63,990 nt of DNA, filler included, from Octopus bimaculoides (GCF_001194135.2; 5 parts of 5 records of this genome joined end to end with filler, not necessarily neighbours in it); one strand, 5' to 3'. Counted from the first letter of the whole stretch, positions 47,931-61,495 are shown. Program-made: numbers and translations. Notes: generated from the sequence alone by a model not told the origin.

Positions 47931-48299
47931 GTACACATGTATACATGTATGTAATGTATGTATGTATACATATCTATATATATATATATATATATATATA
48001 CACAAAGGTTAAGAGTAGCTGTGTGTGTATACGTGTAAGTAAAAAACATTAAATTAACCTAGAAATTGCGCTGTGTTTCTTTTATCATTTGAAGTTTAAA
48101 TCAATTTTCTTTAGATAAACTTGCCTAAATAACTTTTATGTGAAAATATATTTCATAGTTCAGAAAATAGCTATCTTTGATTGTTTTAATCTAATGGGAA
48201 TATTTGTTAAGTTTAACCGTTTTTTTCTTTCTTTAGCTATTATTTTTCATGTCATTTGTAATTGTTGTTACCTTGTATTTTCAATAAATCTTGTTTCGT

Positions 48300-49010
48300 T
48301 TTCTTATTTAGATCTTGGCAGAGAGAACATAAGGTACAAATGAGACTAGCCATAATTATTCTGTATCACATCTAATTGAACATTTTCTATCTCAAACGCT
48401 TGTATCCCATATGTCTCCCTTCAGCATACCTCAATACAGGTATACGTTTAGCTGCATTAAAAGCAAGTCGTTTGGCATCATTCTGCATTTCAATGCGTCT
48501 TGATTTGATGAAAACTTTTGGAAACTGCAGCTTAAATACTTAAATGCTAAAAACTGCAGCTTAAAATGTGAGACTCTTCCAATGGGTAAAAATAAGCCAG
48601 ACTAATACCATAAATAAAAGTAACCATTCATAAATATTTTACTTAAGTCCAGCAGATTTAATCATCTAGATTCAAGTTAGATTCTGAAGTAAAGCAGCAG
48701 TGAAAATGTTGGAGCCAGTATCCTAGGCCAATCGGAAGGAATTTCTCCTCCGTAAAAATTTGATTTATTTGCTGTTAGATTTAATGTCATGACGTTCAGA
48801 AGCTATTCTGATCATAAGTAAGATATATTTGCAGAAAAAATTGTGTGTTTAATCATTTTCATCCAAGACAAACGAGTAATCGGAGGTTTATTTGCTATGT
48901 TCAACTTCGTATATCCACTGCCGTCCAACTGTCCATGCCTACTCCAAAGTAATATGAGATAACTAAATTGTTTTAGCGAATAGTCGATATTTAAATCAAT
49001 TTCCACAAAT
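48300..49010 (-). pseudogene. Possible decayed leucine-rich-repeat gene
   Basis: LRR-like KLNIANKPPITRL, VMTLNLTANK/IKFL, LQNLT and LNLLDLSK, needing several frameshifts and stops. Confidence 0.3.
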
Positions 49011-49444
49011 TAAAAGGCTTCCGTGATAAATGGGATCTTTCCTTTGTATTTATGTACATAGACATATGTGGACATTGCAAGTTACATTTATGTGTCATGC
49101 CTACGTGCCTTCAAAAGACATACCAAACCTGAAGAGAAATGTACACTGTAGTAAACTTTCGGCCAGAAATTCGAGAAGGCACTACACTACCGGCAGTTAA
49201 ATACCTAAGCTTACTTAAATACGTTCACACACAATCATGCTCACGTATCATGTGTAGATATAAATACTGAATATATGTATATTCATACACGCACGCAGTC
49301 ACATAAACATGCACACACATACATACACATATAGATATATAGTTATCATTATCGAATAATGTGTAGTAGAACACAAAATTACACAAAAGGCGGAGAAGGA
49401 ACCGAAATGTATAAGATAATCAAATCTAATATATATATATATAT

Positions 49445-49544
49445 NNNNNNNNNNNNNNNNNNNNNNNNNNNNNNNNNNNNNNNNNNNNTTAATTAATTAA
49501 NNNNNNNNNNNNNNNNNNNNNNNNNNNNNNNNNNNNNNNNNNNN
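49445..49544. other. Artificial scaffold-join spacer
   Basis: 44 N + TTAATTAATTAA + 44 N. Confidence 0.95.
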
Positions 49545-49588
<44 letters not shown>

Positions 49589-50532
49589 GGAGTGAAAAGG
49601 AGAGCAGCACTATATGTAGATAATACGCATGTGGTATACAGAAGCTGGTGCCGGTTGTAGCGGTTAGAGGTGGGCGTGTGTGCTGCAGGTGTTTGGTGGA
49701 GTTGGTGTTGATGGACTTAGCGCTGTTGCTGCTGCTGCTGCTGATGATGCTGTTGCTGCTGCTGCTGCTCATGGTGAAGGTGGTGGCGCAGAGTTGGCTG
49801 TGGAAGGCGGAGAAGCGCGTTTGATGGAAACAAGAAAGTGAGAAAGGAAAGAGCGCATCGTATGTGAAATGGAAGACGAGGGAATCTGAAAATCTTTACC
49901 GGTAAACAATGGACCCTCATCTGGGAGGCTGTTAGATAATAATAATAATAATAATAACGATGATAACAATGATAATAATAATAATAATGATAATAATGAT
50001 GATAATAATAAGAACAACGACGACCACGACAACTGCAGCAGCAGCAACAACAAGAGAAATAATCTCAACAGCTATAGTACAATAAAAAGCAACAGCTATA
50101 CCTATAAAAAACAACAATAACAACCACATAACAGCAACGATTCCCACCACCACCACCACCACCACCACCANNNNNNNNNNNNNNNNNNNNNNNNNNNNNN
50201 NNNNNNNNNNNNNNNNNNNNNNNNNNNNNNNNNNNNNNNNNNNNNNNNNNNNNNNNNNNNNNNNNNNNNNAAAAAAAAAAGATTGTTTTTAATTTGCACC
50301 CTCCAATATTTTGCGTTCAAACCTTTGGAAGTCCACACTACTTTTTATCCCTTCGGTGGTCAAGAAAATAGCGTATGAGTCACATATGATATCAGGGACC
50401 ATTTATATTTGAATATTGGATCCTAGTTTTGAATAGAATTAAAATAGCAGAGATTCATTTCCTCTCCTTACATTTGTACATCATATATATGCATTATTCA
50501 TGCACACATACTCAAATTAACATACAGCAAGA

Positions 50533-50725
50533 GTGCGGCGAGCTGGCAGAAACGTTAGCACGCCGGGCGAAATGCTTAGAGGGATTTCGTCTGCCGTTAC
50601 GTTCTGAGTTCAAATCCCGCCGAGGTCGACTTTGCCTTTCATCCTTTCGGGGTCGATAATTAAGTACCAGTTTCGTACTGAGGATCGATCTAGTCGACTG
50701 GCTCCTTCCCCCAAAATTTCAGGCT
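50533..50725 (+). mobile_element. SINE family 1 (tail type b)
   Basis: Same head and core as the 6478 copy; tail CCCCCAAAATTTCAGGC. Confidence 0.85.
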
Positions 50726-51052
50726 TTCAGCATGCTGTTTATAATCTCGGACATTAACCGGTTAGTGTCATCAAAAATTAGTGTTTAAAACTTTATTTCT
50801 TCATTATATCATCTGTACATTTGCTGTGAGTAGGTTATTGATATCAAATAGTTATTGTTATCACAAGAAGCAGTTTCTACAATGTATGGTGTCCACTGCT
50901 CTGTGGATGAGAGAAACCGGTCGGAATGCTAAGGTAAAATTAATTGCTATATCTAAATGAAATAACTACACTTGTATTTTTTTAGCCTTAATTTTTCTAA
51001 AACTATTACGAGAATTGTTTTAATGCTAAAGTGGATTTTCATTCATCTTCTT

Positions 51053-51093
<41 letters not shown>

Positions 51094-51593
51094 GAGAGAG
51101 AGGGAGAGAGNNNNNNNNNNNNNNNNNNNNNNNNNNNNNNNNNNNNNNNNNNNNNNNNNNNNNNNNNNNNNNNNNNNNNNNNNNNNNNNNNNNNNNNNNN
51201 NNNNNNNNNNNNNNNNNNNNNNNNNNNNNNNNNNNNNNNNNNNNNNNNNNNNNNNNNNNNNNNNNNNNNNNNNNNNNNNNNNNNNNNNNNNNNNNNNNNN
51301 NNNNNNNNNNNNNNNNNNNNNNNNNNNNNNNNNNNNNNNNNNNNNNNNNNNNNNNNNNNNNNNNNNNNNNNNNNNNNNNNNNNNNNNNNNNNNNNNNNNN
51401 NNNNNNNNNNNNNNNNNNNNNNNNNNNNNNNNNNNNNNNNNNNNNNNNNNNNNNNNNNNNNNNNNNNNNNNNNNNNNNNNNNNNNNNNNNNNNNNNNNNN
51501 NNNNNNNNNNNNNNNNNNNNNNNNNNNNNNNNNNNNNNNNNNNNNNNNNNNNNNNNNNNNNNNNNNNNNNNNNNNNNNNNNNNNNNNNNNNNN

Positions 51594-51776
51594 CCCGCCT
51601 TTGCCTAACAACCGGTGTTGGTGTGTTTACGTCCCCATAACGTAGCAGTTCTGCAAAAGAAAACGATAGAATAAGTACAGGGCTTAAAATACAAGAGTCG
51701 ATTCATTCGACTAAAAATTATTCAAGGCGGTACCCCAGCATGGCCGCAGTCTAATGATTGAAACAAGTAAAAGATA

Positions 51777-51777
<1 letters not shown>
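51594..51777 (+). mobile_element. SINE family 2, 3' half
   Basis: CCCCAGCATGGCCGCAGTCTAATGATTGAAACAAGTAAAAG tail. Confidence 0.75.
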
Positions 51778-51811
<34 letters not shown>

Positions 51812-51988
51812 AGTGTGTGTGTGTGTGTATGTATGTACGTACGTACGTATGTATGTATGTATACATGTGTGTTTGTTTGTATGTATGTGCATACGTACAT
51901 GTTTAACCCCAGGTCGTCTTGAACAAGTAGACCTGTGCTGAAAACCTTTCCAGATTTTCTTATTTCCCTGTTAATTATTTAAAGGCAT

Positions 51989-52390
51989 AAGGCGACGAGC
52001 TGGCAGGAACGTTAGCACGCCGGGCGAAATGCTTAGCGGTATATCGTCTGTCTTTACATTCTGAGTTTAAATTCCGCCGAGGTCGACTTTGCCTTTCATC
52101 CTTTCGAGGTCGATAAATTAAGTACCAGTTGTGTACCGGGGTCGATCTAATCGACTGACACCCCTCCCCCAAAATTTCGGGCCTTGTTACCTAGAGTAGA
52201 AAAGAATCGTTAGCACGCCGGGCAAAATGCTATTACATCTGCTGTTACGCTCTGAGTTCAAACTCTTCCCAGATCGACTTAGCCTTTCATCCTTTCAGGA
52301 TCGGTAAATTAAGCACCAGTGAAATACTGGGGTTGATGTAATCAACTAGCCAAAATTTCAGGCCTTGTGCCAAAATGTGAAACCAGTATT
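51989..52390 (+). mobile_element. Two head-to-tail SINE family 1 copies (tail type b)
   Basis: Units at 51989-52206 and 52209-52390; the second is 5'-clipped and more diverged. Confidence 0.8.
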
Positions 52391-52467
52391 TGCACACACA
52401 CATACTATCATATGTAATAAATGTATATACATGTATGTGTATCTATCTATCTATCTGGAAATACTAT

Positions 52468-52502
<35 letters not shown>

Positions 52503-52505
52503 AAT

Positions 52506-52833
52506 GGGTAAAGACCCCCTTCGGTCATGAATGACCATGGGATTGCACCCAGAAAGTTCCCTTCCAAGACAGAAGTCCGGGCAAGGTTGTTTTATGGAAG
52601 ACCAGCAGTCGCTATGCATACCAGCCTCCCCTCTCCTTGCCACCGATGTTACCCAAAGGAAAGGCAAAGGGGCCGATACAGATTGGCACCAGTGAAATCG
52701 CAACTCATTTCAACAGCTGAGTGAACTGGAGCAATGTGAAATAAAGTGTCTTGCTCAAGAACACAACACACAGCCCAGTCCGGGAATCGAACTCACAACC
52801 TCATGACTGTGAGCTCGACTCTCTAACCACTGA

Positions 52834-52836
<3 letters not shown>
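52506..52836 (-). mobile_element. SINE family 4 (CORE-like)
   Basis: Minus-strand head AGTGGTTAGAGAG..GAGTTCGATTCCC and TTGAGCAAGACACTTTATTTCAC..CCAGTTCACTCAGCTG. Confidence 0.75.
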
Positions 52837-52867
<31 letters not shown>

Positions 52868-53152
52868 NNNNNNNNNNNNNNNNNNNNNNNNNNNNNNNNN
52901 NNNNNNNNNNNNNNNNNNNNNNNNNNNNNNNNNNNNNNNNNNNNNNNNNNNNNNNNNNNNNNNNNNNNNNNNNNNNNNNNNNNNNNNNNNNNNNNNNNNN
53001 NNNNNNNNNNNNNNNNNNNNNNNNNNNNNNNNNNNNNNNNNNNNNNNNNNNNNNNNNNNNNNNNNNNNNNNNNNNNNNNNNNNNNNNNNNNNNNNNNNNN
53101 NNNNNNNNNAACTATCTACCTATCTGTCTAACTATCTAACTATCTATATATA

Positions 53153-53944
53153 CACGGGGTGCAGTCGTCTAAGTTACGCAAAAATGAAAATAACACTGAC
53201 ATCTCATTTTAACATATATTTAACAAAATTACTAAAGCTTCATCTACGGCCTCCAGATGACTTCGGAACCTCCTGCATTTCTTCTGGACAGTCTCCATTT
53301 TTAAATTGGTGAATGTTGCCATAATCCTTGCCTTCAGTTCATCTCTGGTGTTACAAGGAGTTCTGTTGATCCTTCGCTCAACTGTGCCCCATAGATAATA
53401 ACCAAGGGTGCTGCAGCCTATGGAATTAGGTGGCCAGATGTTAGGGGTGACGTTGTCGCAGAAATTGTCTGACAGCTATGACTGGATTCTCTTGCTTGTG
53501 TGGCATAGTGTAGAGTCCTGTTGCCAGACATAGGGTCTTCCAGCAGCCAACCACTTGACCCAGGGCAGCACTACCTTCCCCAGGCACGCGATGTAGATCT
53601 CTGTGTTAAGTCTGAGGCCATGTAGGAAGATAAATCACTAGTGATCACCACAAAAATCATGATATTGCCTGGATGTCTGATTTTTATCTCGCTCGGTACA
53701 TGTCCTCCGATTGACACCCAAACACTCTGAAATGTTCCTATTGGAGTTTCTGACGTGAATGCCAAGCAGTACAGCATGTCGTTTCCAAATTTCTGGCAGA
53801 ATGAATTGCATCATGGTGCTGTTTTTCTCACAGAAGGTGCCCAACAGACCCTACTATACTGTGTAGCCGACAAAATCAAAAACAAACCATGCGTATGCGC
53901 CAAATTAAAATATAATAAAATGGTGAGAATTTTCCCATCGCACC

Positions 53945-53948
<4 letters not shown>
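53153..53948 (-). mobile_element. Internally deleted Tc1/mariner-superfamily transposon
   Basis: TA-flanked ends sharing GGGTGC; peptides MQFILPEIWKRHAVLLG and WPPNSIGCSTLGYYLWGTVER (cf. WPPNSPDLNPLDY). Confidence 0.75.
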
Positions 53949-53981
<33 letters not shown>

Positions 53982-54689
53982 CATCGAGAAATACTATATA
54001 AATATTTATCGTCAAATACTATGCCTCTGTACTATGCCTCTGTACGTACGCGTGTCTATGCATGTGTGTATGTGTATAGCTATATTTGTGTGAAAACAAA
54101 ATCTACTCGCGTGTAAACACACACGTACATACATCACTACACCACTAAGAACAAACAAATAAAAAAGACTCCCCCTCATAAAATAAAACAACAGTAAAAA
54201 AGAGCTGATACACATCCGTTTAAAGAAATTATTTGCATAAACTGCTAAATGCACTCAGCTGTAAGACAGTTCCAACTGTTTGATTTGTCAAACTCAGTGA
54301 GTTGATGTGTTGATACGGAGCTATTGCACCGGGTCATCCTGATCGCGTCTAGACAGAGTATTTGTTACGTTAAAAGAGGCAGTCTGAGCCAGAGGTGGGG
54401 AGCAACTGCAGTTTTCCGAATGAAGTCAAACGCTTGAGAGAAAAATCTTCATTTTGGAATATATATTTGTTGATTTCATTTTTTTAAAGTCTTACTTTTT
54501 AGTAACATCTATTGATGACGTCATAAAATTTTATAAACTTCCGAGAGAACGTGAAATAATCGTTTGTTTTTTGGAACAGTGGATCTCGAAGGACATAAGG
54601 CACATAAATAATAGCGTGTAAATATCAGGTTGAAAAACTCTTTTGGATAGGAAAATAATGCATACATACATACATACATGCATACATAC

Positions 54690-54724
<35 letters not shown>

Positions 54725-55480
54725 CATATATATATGTATATATGTATCTATCTATCTATGTATATATATATATATTTATATATGTATATGTATATGTATG
54801 TATGTATATATATATATGTATATATATATATCTATATCTATATATATCTATATATATATATATCTATATATATNNNNNNNNNNNNNNNNNNNNNNNNNNN
54901 NNNNNNNNNNNNNNNNNNNNNNNNNNNNNNNNNNNNNNNNNNNNNNNNNNNNNNNNNNNNNNNNNNNNNNNNNNNNNNNNNNNNNNNNNNNNNNNNNNNN
55001 NNNNNNNNNNNNNNNNNNNNNNNNNNNNNNNNNNNNNNNNNNNNNNNNNNNNNNNNNNNNNNNNNNNNNNNNNNNNNATATATATATATATATATAATGA
55101 TATGTAAACTTAAGATCCAAGGATCCAGCTGTAGGAAGTTACTAAGCTACGAGCAGTCCGTAGAAGTTATAAAAACAACTTTCAGGAACAATTGTAGTTT
55201 ATTGGTGCAGAGGGTTGTGAGTTTTTCCGACATCGAAGTTCGATAAACTGAAAAAAGTAATTTTATAGTTCATGGTTAGCAACTAGGTTTAATATGTATG
55301 CCAATAAAAATCCAAATTGAGTGAATGGACCAGGTGAAATCCGTGCTACATATGTTTCCTAGCTAGCAGTAGCTCGGAAGTAAAAATTACAGACCGAGGG
55401 ATATTACACTAGCTATTTATCAGGGCGATGAGTAGCTAGTGGAGTACCCTTCGTTGAGTAATTATTACTTCCGAGTTTCT

Positions 55481-55708
55481 TATTTCTTTACTACCCACAG
55501 GGGGATAAACATAGAGGGAACAAACAAGGACAGACGAACGGATTAAGTCGATTACATCGACCCCAGTGCATAACTGGTACTTATTTAATCGACCCCGAAA
55601 GGATGAAAGGCAAAGTCGACCTCGGCGGAATTTGAACTCAGAACGTAGCGGCAGACGAAAGACCGCTAAGAATTTCGCCCGGCGCGCTAACGTTTCTGCC
55701 AGCTCGCC
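55481..55708 (-). mobile_element. SINE family 1 (tail type a), full length
   Basis: 14-bp TSD ACTTCCGAGTTTCT at 55467-55480 and 55709-55722. Confidence 0.9.
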
Positions 55709-56989
55709 ACTTCCGAGTTTCTGCTATCTAGGAACCTTATGCAGCCTGGATTTTACCGGCTCTATTCCCTCAATTTGGATGTTGAACCGTTAATTCCTAC
55801 ACATATTTTTCTCTCTATTTTTTTATTCTTTCTCTCTCACATTGTTTTCCTCTTAACCCTTTCTGTCGAAGAGCTTAGGCTCGAATTTTCAAAGACTTTT
55901 CCATTCTTCTCGATCACCAAACTAATACACCTGCTTGTTGTTCTCTCATCTGTCTTCATCTTTTGTTTTCTGTAAATTTGAATCATATATATACACATAT
56001 ATATATATTTGTATATATAAATGTGTGCGTGCGTGTGTGTGTGAGCCTTTGACCTTTTCTATCGAAAAGGGGTTTCAACTCCAAAACTGCATGCTATTAT
56101 TTGTATTATGTGCTTCGAGATCCACTGTTCAAAAAAAAAAAAAAATAATAATTACATTTATTGATATTTCTTTATCCATGCTTATAGTTACTTGTTTAAA
56201 ATATTAATCATGTTTAAAGTATAGAAANNNNNNNNNNNNNNNNNNNNNNNNNNNNNNNNNNNNNNNNNNNNNNNNNNNNNNNNNNNNNNNNNNNNNNNNN
56301 NNNNNNNNNNNNNNNNNNNNNNNNNNNNNNNNNNNNNNNNNNNNNNNNNNNNNNNNNNNNNNNNNNNNNNNNNNNNNNNNNNNNNNNNNNNNNNNNNNNN
56401 NNNNNNNNNNNNNNNNNNNNNNNNNNNNNNNNNNNNNNNNNNNNNNNNNNNNNNNNNNNNNNNNNNNNNNNNNNNNNNNNNNNNNNNNNNNNNNNNNNNN
56501 NNNNNNNNNNNNNNNNNNNNNNNNNNNNNNNNNNNNNNNNNNNNNNNNNNNNNNNNNNNNNNNNNNNNNNNNNNNNNNNNNNNNNNNNNNNNNNNNNNNN
56601 NNNNNNNNNNNNNNNNNNNNNNNNNNNNNNNNNNNNNNNNNNNNNNNNNNNNNNNNNNNNNNNNNNNNNNNNNNNNNNNNNNNNNNNNNNNNNNNNNNNN
56701 NNNNNNNNNNNNNNNNNNNNNNNNNNNNNNNNNNNNNNNNNNNNNNNNNNNNNNNNNNNNNNNNNNNNNNNNNNNNNNNNNNNNNNNNNNNNNNNNNNNN
56801 NNNNNNNNNNNNNNNNNNNNNNNNNNNNNAGAAACAAGGAAAAGATAAAAAGATTTTAAAAAATGTCCGACTGACGACACTTCGATGATTGTAGAGTGTA
56901 TCTCGAACTGGCAATACCCTCCCCATCGCATATAACACTTCAGGCCGATGATACCTGGGAGTTACACATAGTTATCAAACTGAAAGTTC

Positions 56990-58800
56990 TCCGAAAGATA
57001 TCAGTCATTGATTTATGACGTCGCTCCGAGAAAGAAATCGCTATTTTTCATCACGAGTTTTCTATAGAATGCTAATATGGATGTTCCTCCGACCACATTG
57101 CTCACTTGATAGAAGGTTCGAAGCGCCTGGAAACGTTAAGAAAAATGCCTAACATGAGTTGCCATTTCCAACAAGTTTGTGAGCTGTAATATTAACTAAA
57201 GTACGATGCATATTTAAGGACCAGAATACGCGAAGCTGAACGCGTGTTCCTGGCACGCCGAGCTTATAGAGACCGGATTAGCTAATTAGTCAAGCAGCAG
57301 TTGTGTAAAGCAATCCTCAAAAACCGGTGGCACGGCGCTATGAAGAATACAATTAGAGAAGAATCGATAGGATTTAGCTAAAAAGTAGCAAAAAAAACAA
57401 AGAAAAATAAAGATTAGTGGTGGAGCTAGTGAGCAAGTTAGAAGAGGCGATTAGGAAAAGCATCAGGACTGATATGCTAACGACGAGAATGAATGGTCTT
57501 CGACCATCTATTCAATACGAAAGACAAAGATTGCGTTGTCTTAGTTAAGTTGCGTGTTCTTAGACACGAGTGGACGAAAGCCGTTCGATAGGATCAGTGT
57601 GTACGATGTGGTAACAAAGCTACAATTCGATGTTTGACAGATCAGGATGTGTATAAGTTACTCAATTCCAGGTTGGTGCGGATAGCTTTGCAGAGATATT
57701 GTGTTCAACTGTTTGGATCAAGCAGCGGTGACAACAGACTAGAGACGGTAGTGATCTTTAGTGCCTGCTTCGACAACCTACCACGGTTTTCTGCGAAACA
57801 CGCAGTATTGCAAAAAGTCGATATCAGCGGATACAATTAGCAGTGATTGCGTGAAGGAAAAATTGCTCGTCTTGGATAGTTTTCTCTACGAGATTTACAC
57901 GTGTATGCCAGGCTTGTTTCCGGATGTTTCGGCATACATCTACTGCAATTTGTAGCAGAATGAGAAAATTCCTATTACCGTGAATCGAGGAATAACAGCG
58001 ATGTTGAAGAAAGACGCAAACTTAGCCACATGCAGAGTTTTGACCGAAGTGCCAGCAAAGAGGTAGGCGCTTGTCATCAGTGTGTCGGAAAAGCGCATAC
58101 CAGTGCAATTTGGGACATATCTATCAATGATATCCTTCACCTCATGTGGTACATCGTGGAGAAGGTGGGTTACAAGCATGGCTTCGCTGGGGGCTGTGAT
58201 CAATTTAGATCAATCGAAAGCTTTCGGTAGGTTGGCAATCAATTTTTTGGCGGCTGACCTCAGTGCAGCCGGTTAAAGTCCCGTTTCCAGATGGTTCGTT
58301 TCAATGTACAGTGGCATCTATCCGATGGTCAAGCGAAATGACCACCTATCAGAACTGTTTCAAATCTCATGATCAGCCCGTTGAGAGTCTTCATTTTCAT
58401 CTCTTTTACATGTCATGTGCTGACTTTTGAACCACTGCTGCGGTTATTGGGAATTGAAGGTCATACCGTTCAAAGCGGGGCGCAGAAAAGCCGTGACAAC
58501 ATTTGTTGGCTCGTTTATTGTAATGATGTCGACAACACGAATAACGATATGATTGGCACTGTTCTAAAGAAATTTGAGGTATTGGTAGGAGTAAAAATTA
58601 ACCCGGGTAAGTCGGTTTAGCTTACGACTCGGCACCTGCAGAGACAAGTTCAATTCACTGGATAGCATTGTGGGGCGTTGGACAGAATGACTGTTTCAGG
58701 TGCCTGCATTCTGGTTCGCAGCGGACTTCCAGTTGGTTAGGACTATCGTGGAGTTTACGAATCCATTTGCTGTCAACATTCACTCCGTGGAGGCCTCGGG
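56990..58800 (+). mobile_element. Decayed L1/Tx1-clade LINE RT region
   Basis: DQSKAFGRL..FL, ISPL..LTFEPLLRLLG, YCNDV and FEVLVGVKINPGKS, in broken frames. Confidence 0.7.
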
Positions 58801-58911
58801 ATGCTGTCACTGCAGGCACGTGTTGGGCTTGACGCATCTGCAAAAATGCACTGGTACTACTACTGCTGTTGCTGTTGCTGCAACTACTACTACTACTACT
58901 ACTACTACTAA

Positions 58912-58947
<36 letters not shown>

Positions 58948-59544
58948 CGCCGCCGCCACCGCCGNNNNNNNNNNNNNNNNNNNNNNNNNNNNNNNNNNNN
59001 NNNNNNNNNNNNNNNNNNNNNNNNNNNNNNNNNNNNNNNNNNNNNNNNNNNNNNNNNNNNNNNNNNNNNNNNNNNNNNNNNNNNNNNNNNNNNNNNNNNN
59101 NNNNNNNNNNNNNNNNNNNNNNNNNNNNNNNNNNNNNNNNNNNNNNNNNNNNNNNNNNNNNNNNNNNNNNNNNNNNNNNNNNNNNNNNNNNNNNNNNNNN
59201 NNNNNNNNNNNNNNNNNNNNNNNNNNNNNNNNNNNNNNNNNNNNNNNNNNNNNNNNNNNNNNNNNNNNNNNNNNNNNNNNNNNNNNNNNNNNNNNNNNNN
59301 NNNNNNNNNNNNNNNNNNNNNNNNNNNNNNNNNNNNNNNNNNNNNNNNNNNNNNNNNNNNNNNNNNNNNNNNNNNNNNNNNNNNNNNNNNNNNNNNNNNN
59401 NNNNNNNNNNNNNNNNNNNNNNNNNNNNNNNNNNNNNNNNNNNNNNNNNNNNNNNNNNNNNNNNNNNNNNNNNNNNNNNNNNNNNNNNNNNNNNNNNNNN
59501 NNNNNNNNNNNNNNNNNNNNNNNNNNNNNNNNNNNNNNNNNNNN

Positions 59545-59843
59545 GAGTGAAAACACCTAAAACTCCACGAGGCTCCGGCAGGGGATGGTGGCAAACCCTG
59601 CTGTACTCTTCCACCACAACTTTCTCTCACTCTTACTTCCTGTTTCTGTTGTGCCTGTACTTCAAAGGGTCAGCCTTGTCACACCGTGTCACGCTGAATC
59701 TCCCCGAGAACTACGTTAAAGGTATACGTGTCTGTGGAGTGCTCAGCCACTTGCACGTTAATTTCACGAGCAGGTTGTTCCGTTGATCGGATCAACTGGA
59801 ACCCTTGACGTCGTAAGCGACAGAGTACCAACAACAACAACAA
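59545..59843 (+). mobile_element. SINE family 3 (head in gap)
   Basis: Homologous body with a (CAA)n tail. Confidence 0.85.
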
Positions 59844-60179
59844 CATTTCCCATATCCCATTGATTTTCCACACCCTGTTGATTTTCTACATGTTATTTAT
59901 TTCAATATCAAACCTTTATATTTCGACAATTTCCCGACTGATTCCCATTGGCTGTTTTGCTCAGAAAGAATCAAACTGCCTTTCTCTGTACACTGGACTT
60001 TTTCATTTCAGTCCTTGACTAAAATATATGAACCGCTAACCTTCCTATCTTAGTCAGTCTGAATACATTTTGTAACCCCTAACTTTCTATTTTATGTATG
60101 AAAGGGTCAAGTTGTCAATAATAAAGAAATTAGACTGGATGAGTCCTGGTGGTAATCATAAAGAAAAGAATTATTCGAA

Positions 60180-60370
60180 TCGTTAGAACGTCGAACAAAA
60201 TGCCTTATGGTATTTCTTTTGACTGTTATCGTTCTGAGATCAAATCCTGCTGAGGTCAAGTTTACCTTTCACTCTCGGGATAGAATGAAGCCCTTGTCAA
60301 AGGTAGGGTTGAATTAATCGACCAACATCTTTCCCCGTATTTCAGACCATGAGGCCATATTAGAAACTGT
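60180..60370 (+). mobile_element. Old SINE family 1 copy
   Basis: GTTCTGAGATCAAATCCTGCTGAGGTC..ACCTTTCAC is a diverged match. Confidence 0.5.
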
Positions 60371-60968
60371 TTTGAAGTATCAATGAAATTCTACTTGGAG
60401 GGGATTTAATCGACTGAATCTTTCCAATTAAAACTGTTGACCTCTGCCAATATTAGAAAGAATATTCATAGGATGTTCTAAAAAAATAAAAAATAAAACA
60501 ACAAGAAATGACGAAAAACAAATAAAAAAGCAAAATAAATAAAAAGAACACAAATGTTTATTATTCGGAGTCTTTATTAAATTCTTGTGTAATTTTAAAT
60601 TTTAAATTAAGAATTTTAAAAATTTTACTTTCATCTTAATTAATCTTAAAGAATACTTAGAAGCCTAATTTTTATCGCCATCAATTCAAAATTTATTTAT
60701 TATAAATGCTTATTAATTGAAAAAAAATATTCTTTCAGGATCATTTTATGGAGACATGCAAGGCTATCGTTAATTCAAATGAAATTCTTTGTATGATGAC
60801 TTGTGAGTTAAGATGACTAATTATCTGCAAAACGCATTTGTAGAACTTCAGAATAGTTTCACGGTAGCCATGTTGAAAATTAACAATCTCCAACAGAAAT
60901 TTCCTTAAAATTGCAATGAATTCTTGCAGTTAACGTTTTCATAGGCCTCCCACCAACACACGAAGACA

Positions 60969-61091
<123 letters not shown>

Positions 61092-61296
61092 AGATTAGTG
61101 TTTGCGTAACTTTAGTTTGGCACACTATACAGGCGCGGTCCCAGGAATTTTTCGAAGAGAGGGCACAAGGTCAGAAGGGAATACAATTACCGGAAAAAAG
61201 GGCGTAATAACATTATTTAGAAGGGCGTACTTCTTTACTTGAGTGGGGCACGTGCCCCTCAGCCCCCACCTTAAGTCCCCCCATATATGTCTGTGT

Positions 61297-61495
61297 AAGT
61301 AGTGATGTACTTACGATCGCTAGAATGTGGGTTCGATTCCTGGACCAGGCGGCGCATTGTGTTCTTGAGCAAAATCACTTCAATTCATGTCACTCCAGTC
61401 CACTCAGCTGTAAATAAGTAACCCAGCGAGGGAATAGCCTTCCGATCTGGGGGATCGTTGGCCTTGCTCACCTTGCCAGAAGGGTGGCATCTTTC
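61297..61495 (+). mobile_element. SINE family 4 (CORE-like)
   Basis: GGGTTCGATTCC followed by GTTCTTGAGCAAAATCACTT..CTCCAGTCCACTCAGCTG. Confidence 0.7.

Noticed and set aside
4057-59786. Long ORFs containing X runs
   Set aside because: They stay open only because N gaps contain no stop codons.
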